A stretch of DNA of 64,000 nt. It comes from Octopus sinensis (Eukaryota). Location of the stretch: the NCBI RefSeq assembly GCF_006345805.1, contig NC_042997.1, positions 111,228,001 through 111,292,000 on the forward strand, given 5' to 3'. Of the stretch, positions 53,201 through 64,000 are shown in pieces; position 1 is the stretch's first letter, and the number at the start of each line of letters is the position of its first letter. The position numbers and the translations under genes were made by a program. Below the pieces are notes generated by a model that was not told the DNA's origin, did no database searches, and saw nothing but the letters and a program-made list of their open reading frames with translations.

Positions 53201-53953
53201 ACTATTAACAAATCCCTTTTTTGAACCCCACTACCTCCAGCATCATGCTTTGCTATCTCTTCACCCTCTCCAGACACCTACCGTTTCCTACGCGAATACA
53301 TATGCATTCGAAACAGAATCGTCTCTTGCTGCTGCTGCATATCAGAGCGACATGCGCGTGTTTGCACGTTTCATACGAGCGATGCGCGTAACACATTTAC
53401 GTGCACACGCACTCGTGTTATACATATAGACATACACACACATATTTAGATGCGTATATGTGTGTATGTATGTGTATATATACGCATGTGTATGTATGTA
53501 TATATATATGGAGAGAGAGAGAGAGATGCTTTTTGATGCCAAGTTATATAAAAAAAACCAACTAACATTAAACTGAAGGCTTCATACTTTTTTTGTAGCG
53601 TACATGTTTATTAAACTTAAAAGAAAGGTTGAGAGTAACTTCGAAGTTTCGGCTTGGTAGCATTATAACGTTTCGTCAGACAGTATGATAAAGACCAAGA
53701 AGCCGAAACTTTGAAGCCACCATTAACCTTTTTCCATGTAAAAGTTAATCAATATATATAAACATATAATCTTTTATTCGTTTCCGCTATATGGTAGCGG
53801 TCAGGCTGGAGCACCATCATCAGTGTTTGTATTTTTACAAATCATTCTTTTTTTTGGGGGATGTATTCTTCAGGGTGGCGGGATTTCATATCACCGCTCT
53901 TGGGTGTGCTTTTACCCTGGTTGTTGGCGCATTTGGTGTATCACGCACGCACG

Positions 53954-53997
<44 letters not shown>

Positions 53998-54279
53998 TGT
54001 TGTTTGTGTACGACTGACCAGATTTGTGTTTCAAACGGCGGCACTTCTCGTCGTGGCCAAAATGTCGCGGAAATCTCTGTTAGTGTTCATGTGAAGGAAA
54101 GAATTCGCTTATTTTGTGGTTGTGTGTTTGCTTTTTCTGGCGAAGACAAAGCACCAAACTCTATCGCCATCGTCGCACTCTGCTGTTGGTGAACGAAGAA
54201 ACATTTGTTACAAACTTACAAGTATACGCGACACACGGACACCAGCATTGAACATTGGAAAAATAGAGAAAGCACTTTT

Positions 54280-55050
54280 GCGTGTGTGCGTGCGTGTGTG
54301 TGTGTGTGTATAGGCGTGTGTTTATATGCTTTTTTGTGTGTATGGGCATATGTTAATGTGTATTTAATGTGCGTGTGTCTATTTGTGTGTGTTTGTGTGT
54401 GTGTGCTAATGTGCGTTTATGCGTGTGACTATTTGTATGTGTGTGTGTGTGTATGCGTGTGTGCGAACTTGTATGCGTATGTTTGTGTGTTTATGTGTAT
54501 ATGTGGGTGTGTGGCAACCTACGTTTATGTTTGCGTGTGTGCATGCGCATGTTTGATCGCGCGTGTGCACCTGCATACGCGCGCATGAGTAAGTACGTGC
54601 ATGTGTGCGCGTGTGTGTGTGCGCACGCGCGCGCATCTTTGTGTGTGCGTATGTGTGAGTGTGTGTATGTGCGCGCATCGCCACGCGTGCGCGCTCGTTT
54701 TTCGTGCGTGTGTCTGTGTTCGTGTATGTATGTGCGTATATGCGACTTTCTGTGTGTAAGTGTAAATGAGATTGTGTTTTCATGCGTTTGTTGTTAAGAC
54801 TGCGTGTTCTGTTTGTGCGCGCGTGTGCGTGTGTGTGTGCATGTGTGTGTGTATGTATGTGCGTGCGTGTATATGTGTGTGTGTACGTGTACATGCGTGA
54901 GCGTGTGCACGTGTGTATATGCATGTGTGTACGCGCGTGCGTGTGTGTGTGTGTATGTGTGTGTGTGTACGTGCACGAGCGTGTGTATGTGCATGTGTAC
55001 GCGCGCCCGTGTGTGCGTGCGTGTGTGTGTAGGTGTGGATGGATGTGTTG
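54280..55050. repeat. Degenerate CpG-rich (GT/GC) microsatellite
   Basis: Directly visible. Confidence 0.85.
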
Positions 55051-56398
55051 GTATTTACAGAAAGCCAACTCCTGTTCTTTCGTGCAATGAAGTGATTCTT
55101 CATTCTGTTATTCTTAAATTCTATCTGAGGAGAAAATGGTAAACAAAATGGGAACCTTAACAACACAAACGAGGTTGTCTGCTAAGAAGCTTGCTTTCCA
55201 ACTACATGGTTCCAGGTTCAGTCCCACTGCATAGCACATTGGGCAAGTGTCTTCTACTACAGCCTCAACCGACCAAAGCTTCGTCAGTGGATCTGGTTGG
55301 CGGAAACTGAAAGAAGCCTCTCATATATCTGTGTGCGTGCTTGTGTGTGTGTGTGTGTGTGTTTGTCCCTCAACACTGCTTGACGACCGGTGTTTTTTTG
55401 TTTACGTTCCTCGTAACTTCATGGTTAGTCAGAAGGGGACCCAATAAAATAAATATCAGTCTTTAAATAAACAATAAGTCCTAGGGTCGATTCATTCGTC
55501 TAAAACCCTTCGAGGCAGTGCCCCAGCCAAATGACTGGAACAAGGAAAAGGTAAAAAGAAAAAGGAAAAAGAAAAAGAAACTAGTCCCGAAAGGCAGATA
55601 AAGTCAGTTGGTAATGTGGGCAAGAAGAGAGTAAACCTCGTCAGGTTAACGGTTCCCCATGAGCATAACACTGACTCAGCTCACAGTAAGTTCATTTTGG
55701 AATAATGTCTGGAAGGACTGTATTAAAATGCGAGGATGCTGATTGGAAGGCGGGGCATGATCCAAAGTTGGCTGAGAGGCTTTCGAACGAACAGTATGAA
55801 GCGATGTTTACTGTCGTTCGATCTGACTCATCATAAAACGAATCATCATCATATCATCATCGTTTAACGTCCGCTTTCCATGCTAGCATGGGTTGGACGA
55901 TTTGACTGAGGGCTGGCAAACCAGATGGCTGCACCAGGCTCCAATCTGATCTGGCAGAGTTTCTACAGCTGGATGCCCTTCCTAACGCCAACCACTCTGA
56001 GAGTGTAGTGTCACCATGAAAGATAACCAAGTTACAGTTTGAAAAGGCAAACCTGCTGGGATTTAGCCACAGAGGCATTACAAGAAGGACAAACTTGTTA
56101 CCAGTTCAAATATACTTGAGGCATTATTCGAACACTGTATTTTGTGATGGAGAACATTTCTTGCTATAGACAAACAGGTGTAAATAACTGAATCAGCTCA
56201 CAGCGTTCCCTAACCAGACTAGAATGCATGCATTTCAGAGGGGGTCATCTCCTCATCAAACACAGACACCTGTTAGGGATGCACTGCAAACTGATACAAG
56301 AGACAGGCCCCTCTTTTGATATTCCCGTCATAGTTCAATGATTCTCTTGTGCGATTTATCAACTCACCGTAATTAAAAACAGTATACAGCGACAAATG

Positions 56399-56597
56399 CA
56401 GTTGAATTCGGATATAATGGACACGTCGAGACCGAGAAAATGTGTCTGTTATATCCGATTGTCTGTTATAACCGAAAACAGTTATAACGTTTTCCACTAC
56501 AAAACGATTTTCCATTACGAAAATCCAGACCGTATAATTTTGTCCGTTATAAGAGATTGTCCATTATATCCGTGTCCATTATATCCGAAGTCTACTG
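56399..56597. mobile_element. Tigger/pogo-like MITE (199 bp)
   Basis: TIRs cagttgaattcggatataatggacac / gtgtccattatatccgaagtctactg, TA on the right. Confidence 0.8.
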
Positions 56598-57884
56598 TAT
56601 TCTTTATGACAAAACAAAGTGAATTACTTTGTTATGGGTTCGCAAATGCCTCAAGCATCTTTGAACTGGTAACATGTTTGTATTTGTACAGATCACTGCT
56701 TAACACTGTCACCCCGCATTATAAGAAGTGGCTAAGGCTGTGAGCTGGTAGAAACGTTAGCATGCCGGGCAAAATCCTTAGCAGTATTTCGTCTGCCGTT
56801 ACGTTCTGAGTTCAAATTCTGCTGAGGTCGACTTTGCCTTTCATCCTTTCAGGGGTCGATAAATTAAGTACCAGTTACGCACTGGAGTCGATGTAATCGA
56901 CTTAACCCCTTTGTTAGTCCTTGTTTGTCCCCTGTGTGTTTAGCCCCTTGTGGATAATAAAGAAATAAGAAAAGTTAGCACGCCGGGCAAAATGCTGAGC
57001 GGTATTTCGTCCGTCTTTATGTTCTGAGTTCAAATTCCGCCGAGGTTGACTTTGCCTTTCATCTTTCGAGATCGATAAATTAAGTACCAGTTGCGTACTA
57101 GGGTCGATCTATTCGACTGCCCCCTTCCCCCAAAATTTCGGGCCTTGTGCTTAGAGTAGTCACTAGAACGTTAAGCCAAGGCAAGTAACCAGTTGATGAA
57201 GGTAGTGCAAGGGGATGGTGCACAAGAAGAAGGCCCCGAGAGGAAGATTGCCCCCCGCCACTGCCATGGCCAAGTGGTGCACATTCTCTCCTGACGATTC
57301 CTATAAATTTGTGAATGTCCGATAAACGGAGCCTTTAACTAGTGACACATGTATCTGCAAGTTTCTTTTATCTTTTACTTGTTTCAGACATTTGGCCGCG
57401 GCCATCCTGCAGCACCACCTTGAAGAACTTTTAGTCGAATGACTTATTTTTGTTTTAAAGCTTGGTACTTATTCTATCGGGGTCTTTTGCCGAACCGCTA
57501 TATCACAGGGATGTAAACACACCAACAACACTTGTCAAGCAATGGTGGGGGACAAACACAGACACACCCATATATTAATAAATGTATATTAAAAAGCCCA
57601 CAGCTTTTTAATATTCTTCCAAGGTGGATGCAGGTGTTTTCAAAACAAAACTGGATCTCTTCCAGTCGAGAGTCCCAGATGAACCTACCCCGTGGTAGGA
57701 GGCGCAAATGAGGGCAGTGACATCAAACCCCCTTATTCACCAAATGCCACATATTAGAGGAGGCTCTCTATAATGACAGTGTAGCAAAACAGCGGTGCCC
57801 CAGCATGGCCACAGCTTTGAGCTGAAACTAATAAGAATAAAAAAAGTATACATACATACATGTATATATATATATTTATATATA

Positions 57885-57920
<36 letters not shown>

Positions 57921-57954
57921 TGTATGTATGTATGTATGTATGTATGTATGTATA

Positions 57955-57988
<34 letters not shown>

Positions 57989-58705
57989 AGGAGAGAGAGA
58001 CAGATAGATAGATAGGTATGTATGTATACCACGGGCTTCTTTTACTTTCTGTCTACCAAATCAACTCACAAGGCTTTGGTCGAACTGTGGCTATAGTAGA
58101 AGACACTTGCTGAAGGTTCCATGCGGTGGGACTGAACCCAGAATCATGTGGTTAGAAAGCATGCTTCTTACCACATAGCCACACCTAGTTTGTAATGTTT
58201 ATGCGTGCTTACTTGCACGCATATGTATACATAACAATGAGACAAAGAACCAACTATTATATTCATTGATAACTTCATTCATTAATGAACAAAGTTATGC
58301 AGGATTATCATTCTTCCTTCTTTGCCAGATTCCTCTTCTACTCTGTGATAAATGTACCAACTTATTGATTGGTGAAGAATTTCGGATTTACAATTCGTAC
58401 CAGTCACATGGTATACTTAACCTATTTGGATTTCTGTGCTTTTCAATGGACATTCTTTTAGACAGACTCATTGCTGGGAATCGTATCCGAGGTATTTGCC
58501 AGGATTTCTTCAATCTGCATTTTGCTTCTCAACCATGTTCGAATGCATTTCTACTGCACAGAACCTTGGGCAAATGTCTCCTACAATAGCCTCGTGCTAA
58601 CTAAAGGCTTCGGAATGAATTTGGTAGGCGGAAACTGAAAGAAGTCCGTTGTGTGTGTATGTATGTATGTATGTATGTATGTATGTATGTATGTATGTAT
58701 GTATG

Positions 58706-58757
<52 letters not shown>

Positions 58758-58934
58758 ATACCAAGTAAGTTAGGGGTTGTGGATCCAACCCACTAAGGGA
58801 TAATACTTATCCAATATACTGTTGGTAGAATATCCAAATAATTAATGCACAAATATTTATAATTGCAATGCAATTAACTTAATTATTGTATTAAATGGGT
58901 GAAGGTAAAGAAATATTTTACCATTAATTTATGA

Positions 58935-59117
58935 TACAAATAAGAAAATGGAGAAACAATTTAGTTGGTTTATCAGCTTTAGGATATTAGAATGTTGATG
59001 TATATGTGTATGTTATTATGGTTCTCGTTTTGTTAAAGAAATAAGTCAACATTCTAATATTCTAATATCCTAAAGCTGATATACCATCTAAATTGTTTCT
59101 CCATTTTCTTATTTGTA
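58935..59117. repeat. 183-bp imperfect palindrome
   Basis: tacaaataagaaaatggagaaacaatttag..ttagaatgttga vs tcaacattctaa..ctaaattgtttctccattttcttatttgta. Confidence 0.85.
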
Positions 59118-59129
59118 ATATATATATAT

Positions 59130-60520
59130 CATCATCATCATCATCATCATCATCATCGTTTAACGTCCGCTTTCCGCGCTAGCACGGGTTGGACGGTTTG
59201 ACCGGGTCTGGGAAGCCAGGGGCCGCTCCAGGCTCCAGTCTGAATCTGGCAGAGTTTCTACGGCTGGATGCCCTTCTAACGCCAACCACTCCGTGAGTGG
59301 ATTGGGTGTTTTTTTACGTGCCACCTGCACAGGGGCCGGAGGGTCGGCATCGTCACGATCGGTTCGAGCATTTTAACGTGTCAGCGGCACGGGGGCAACG
59401 AGGTCCGGGGTACTTGGGGATCGGGGTACTTTGGGGATCCGGGGTACTTTGGGGATCCGGGGTACTTTGGGGATCCGGGGTACTTAGAATGGTAGGGGGT
59501 ATGTGGAATTGCTGCAGAAAGCAGCCCGGGCTTTGTAGTCACAGCATATCTCCAGAGATCTCGGTCCTTCGTCATTGCCTCAGTGAGGCCCAATGCTCTG
59601 AGGTCATGCTTGACCACCTCATCCCGTCTTCCTGGGTCTACCTCTCCTCCTGATACCTTCAACTGTTTGGGAGTGGCACTTCTTCACACATCTCTCTTCA
59701 TCCATCCGCAGCACATGACCATACCATCGCAAGCGTCGCTCTTGCACACCACATCTGATGCTTCTTATGTCCAGCATTTCTCTCAGGATACTTACACTCT
59801 GTTTTGTGTGCACACTGACACTACACATCCAGCGGATCATGCTAGCTTCATTTCTTTCAAGTCTACGCATGTCTTCTGCAGTCACAGCCCATGTTTCATT
59901 ACCGTGAAGCATGGCAGTTCGCACACATGCATCATACAATCTACCTTTTGCTCTGAGGGAGAGGCCTTTTGTTGCCAGTAGGGGTAGGAGCTTTCTGAAC
60001 TTTGCCCAGGCTATTCGTATTCTAGTGGTGATACTCTCTGTGCATCCACCTCCGCTACTAACTTGGTCTCCAGGTAGCGGAAACTATCAACTACTTCTAG
60101 TTTCTCTCCCTGGAGTGTGATGGAATCTGTTTTCTGAGTGTCTGTTGTGTCTATTGTCCCTGTGCATCTGCCGCACATGAAAGCTATCTTATCTGTTAAT
60201 TCCCTTAATGTTGCTGCACCTCTTATGTGTCCATAACTTACATTGGGTGCATCTATGGAGTCTACCTGTACCTTTCCTACAGGTTGAGCAGGGCCATCTA
60301 CCCGAGGGGATGTGTGTTGAGTACCTCTTGCTGCTTACTAATACTTTGGTCTTTGCTACATTTATTCTAAGGCCCTTGATTCCAACCCTTGCTTCCACAC
60401 CCGAAATTTCTTCTTCTAGTTCCGGTAGTGATTTGCTATGAGAGCTAGGTCATCGGCATAGAGGAGCTCCAGGGGCATCCCGTTTGATTCCATCTGTTAT
60501 TGCCTGAAGGACTATGATGA
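59130..60520 (-). mobile_element. RTE LINE, 5'-truncated within RT, decayed
   Basis: LLYADDL-like region at about 60470; GLRINVAKTKVL; FRYLG; LYDACVRTAMLHGNETW; RLRWYGHVLRM; GRPRKT; (GAT)n tail. Confidence 0.92.
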
Positions 60521-60549
60521 ATAAAAGGGGATATATATATATATATATA

Positions 60550-61725
60550 TATATCATCATCGTTTAACGTCCACTTTCCATGCTAGCATGGATTAGACGA
60601 TTTGACTGAGGGCTGGCGAACCAGAAGGTTGCACCAGGCTCCAATCTTGATCTCGCAGAGTTTCTACAGCTGGATGCCCTTCCTAATGCCAACCACTCCG
60701 AGGGTATAGTGGGTGCTTTTACGTGTCACTGGCACAGGGCCAATTAGACAGTACTGGCAATGACCTCGCTTGAATGTTTTTCAGGTGCCACCGGCACAAG
60801 TGCCAGTAAGGCGACACTGGTAATGATCAAGCTCAAATGGTGCTTTTTACATGCCACCAGCATGGAAGCCAGTTTGCCGCTCTGGCAACAATCACGCTCG
60901 GATGGTGCTCTTAGCACCCTACTAGTACAGATGCCAGTCATCGAATTTGATTTCGATTTCACTTGCCTCAACAGGTCTTCACAAGCAGAGTTTAGTGTCC
61001 AATGAAGGAAAGACACGAATAAGTGGGCTGGTTACACACCTGGCATAGGCCACGAGGTTATGGTCTTGTTTGGCTTGCCGAGTCTTCTCAAGCACAGCAT
61101 ATTTCCAAAAGTCTCAGTCACTAGTCATTGCTCAGTGAGGCCTAAGTTTCGAAGGTCGTGCTTCACCACTTCATCCCAGGTCTTCCTGGGTCTACCTCTT
61201 CCACAGGTTCCCTCAACCGCTAGGGTGTGGCACTTTTTCACACAGCTATCCTCATCCATTCTCACCACATGACCATACCAGCGCAGTTGTCTCTCTTGCA
61301 CACCACGTCTGATGCTTCTTAGGTCCAACATTTCTCTCAAGGTATTTACACTCTGTCAAGTATGCAAACTGACATTACACATCCATCGGATCATACTGGC
61401 TTCATTCCTTGTGAGCTTACGCATGTCCTCAGCAGTCACAGCCCATGTTTCACTGCCATGTAGCATGGCTGTTCGTACACATGCGTCATACAGTCTACCT
61501 TTTACTCTGAGCAAGAGTCCCTTTGTCACCAGCAGAGGCAAGAGCTCTCTGAAGTTTGCCCAGGCTATTCTTATTCTAGTAGCTACACTTTCAGTGCACC
61601 TCTCCTGCTACTGACTTGGTCACCTAGGTAACGGAAGCTATCAACTACTTCTAGTTTTTGTCCCTGGAATGTGGCAGAAGTTGTTCTCTGCACATTTTCA
61701 GGGTTTATTGCACCTGAGCATCTGC
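60550..61725 (-). mobile_element. Second RTE LINE 3' end
   Basis: KGRLYDACVRTAMLHGSETW; RQLRWYGHVVRM; GRPRKTWDEVVKHDL; same 3' UTR as 25605-26525. Confidence 0.92.
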
Positions 61726-61747
61726 CACATAAAAAAACTGTATGTAT

Positions 61748-61915
61748 GGAAAACAATTAAATTTTGGAAAAATTAAAAGAAAAGTTTTTTCAAAAGAATA
61801 TTTGCATAGTATTCAAATACAAGGGTCATTTTCTTTGTTTCTGCCTGTCTCCGTCTCTCTTGTGGATTCAGGGTCATTGTGAATTCTTGGCAGGGGAGGA
61901 GGAGGAGGAGGAGGA

Positions 61916-61961
<46 letters not shown>

Positions 61962-62196
61962 TCAGGGCACTTGACCATTTAACATCCTACTACTATCATG
62001 GCACTCTCACATTCTTCTTTTTCTTTTCTTCTTCTTCTTCTTCCCTGCCAAGAATTCACAACGACCCTGAACCCACAAGAGTAAACAAGAGGCAGAGACA
62101 GGCAGAAACATGGAAATGCCACTTGTATTTGAACATTATACAAATATTCTTTTAAAAAACTTTTCATTTAATTTTTCCAAAATTTGATTGTTTTCC
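61748..62196. repeat. About 450-bp fold-back with (GAA)n/(TTC)n inner arms
   Basis: ggaaaacaattaaattttggaaaaatt..gaattcttggcaggg vs ccctgccaagaattc..aatttttccaaaatttgattgttttcc. Confidence 0.85.
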
Positions 62197-62335
62197 TTAA
62201 CTAGAGTTGAAAAAGTCTCAATGACTGAAACCAGTACTGAAATGTTTTTTATGATAAAATTATTTTAGCATTTTCTACCTTGACTTTTTTTCCATATACA
62301 TCAACTTGTGTGTTCCTTTTCGACCTTCTACATAC

Positions 62336-62366
<31 letters not shown>

Positions 62367-62594
62367 CATATATCATCATCATCATCACCATCTAATATCT
62401 ACACAGCCTTGGTTTTTTATCTCATTACATAAAAAATTTTATATACACACGCTGACATATGACCAACGTTGAACCCCTTATTCGCAAAATTACTGAACCC
62501 TGGAACTTAACTATAGTCTGTCTATAGCACTTATTCAGCATTACCTGATACCTTTGGGTCTCAATGACACCATTACCTCTTATAACCTATATAT

Positions 62595-62644
<50 letters not shown>

Positions 62645-64000
62645 TCACATATATACTTTTTTATTGTTTTTACTGTTTTGTTCTTACTGTCCTGTTCTTG
62701 TTACCGTTTTCACCCACCACAAAAAATCCCAAATTTTAACTAATTTGCTTTGCGGGAAAGAAGTCGCGTCTTGTCCTTACCTTTGAAACACGGAGTAGAT
62801 GAAACAGGGACAACTGAAGAAGGGGAATATCCTTGTGTTGTATGTCTTGTTTTCTCTGTTTTTTTTCGTTGTTTGAAAAAAAGTTTGTTTCTATGTTTTC
62901 GTTTCTGCTTGTGTTCAACGTTTTTTTTATGTCTTGTACCCATATATGCATGTATATATACATATATATGTAGGTATGTACATATATGTATGTATATATG
63001 TATATATTTATATATTATTTATTTTATTAAATGATTGAACGCCATGCATCCTTTTCCAAGTAAGTTTTATCCACATATATATATATATTATTTATTATAT
63101 ATGTAATATATGCTATTTATTATTATATATAGATAGATAGGGAGAGAGAGAGAGAGCAGAGAAAGAAAGAGAGGCGGAGGGAGATGTGCTGGTTCTGAAT
63201 TCTATAGAAAATCTATAGAGATAAACCATATGGATATATATACATACACCCACATATACATACAAGTGGCTAGGAAGCAAATTTATCGCCACACAGCCAC
63301 GCCTGTGCCTATATGTATGTATGTATGCATCTATCTATCTATGTATTTATATCTATATCTATATATATATACACAGACATATGCGCATACAAATATACAC
63401 GCACACACACACATATATATACATATAAATACATACATATACATACATATGGAGTTTTGTACGCATGCTAGTAATTAAACGGACCCACGACAACAATAAT
63501 GATAGTTTGGCTAAACTACAAGCTGTACAAATAAAATTATTCCTTTGTTTAGTTTTTTTTTTAAGATTCGAATACGAGAAATTGAAGTCCACGTGACATC
63601 GAAATAGGACAAAGAGGACAGGATCATCAGATGACAAAAGTAGTGTGTGTGTGTGTGTGTGAGGCATATTGGTCGAGATTCGCTGCAACTGGTGTTTGCT
63701 TTTAATTCGGTGAAAACGTCGCTGAAATATAGAAGCGGCGATTTTTATGGTAAGCAAGAAGAATGTAAACAGATCGCACACACACACACATGCATGCACA
63801 CATACGTACATACACTTATTCACAGATGTACTCACAAACACACACACATTCACGCGCCTGCACACATTCACATCCACACATTAGCGCACACACAAACACA
63901 TTCACTTATATACACGCAACACATCTACATACATACATAAATACATACACATTGACACACATACATACACTTTCACACACATACACGCTCATTCACACAT

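Noticed and set aside
53640-53718. Hammerhead-like words (minus-strand CTGACGA..GAAACTTCGAAGTT) in a small inverted repeat
   Set aside because: Stem II cannot form (aacg vs agcc) and stem I has only about 2 bp; kept only as an inverted repeat.
58266-58560. 107-aa plus-strand ORF / stop-riddled minus frames
   Set aside because: No motif recognised; possibly an old transposase relic, but unsupported.

Overview
AT-rich, microsatellite-saturated animal genomic DNA. The SINE and LINE families look like those of Octopus (recognised from memory, not from a database search). I cannot support any cellular protein-coding exon; nearly all ORFs in the supplied track are translations of (TA)n/(CA)n/(GT)n or other simple repeats. 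The window is a transposon mosaic. It holds three Penelope-like elements (PLEs): a near-intact Naiad-type RT-thumb + GIY-YIG at 22.1-23.8 kb, a decayed Naiad-type EN at 27 kb and a decayed Neptune/Poseidon-type at 38.3-39.4 kb. It also holds RTE, CR1 and Tx1/L1 LINE 3' ends, a MULE transposase relic with a nested LTR element, a deleted mariner, MITEs, Helitron-like elements and dozens of tRNA-derived SINEs. The one strong host signal is a CpG-rich, promoter-like first exon on the minus strand at about 52.85-53.2 kb, so much of the window may be intron. The most notable non-obvious structure is a set of type I hammerhead-ribozyme motifs with self-complementary stem III. These are three long-loop forms (8.2, 24.7, 28.3 kb), an identical tandem pair 1059 nt apart (46.8/47.9 kb) and a four-copy family with a non-canonical CUGU(C/U)GA core. 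Also visible are 2x2 modular SINE shuffling, SINE tails shared with CR1 and Tx1 LINEs, many long fold-back palindromes, and an unexplained 123-nt identical patch at 16.9 and 55.8 kb. Interrupted (TA)n tracts suggest long-read sequence, so single-base frameshifts may be errors.
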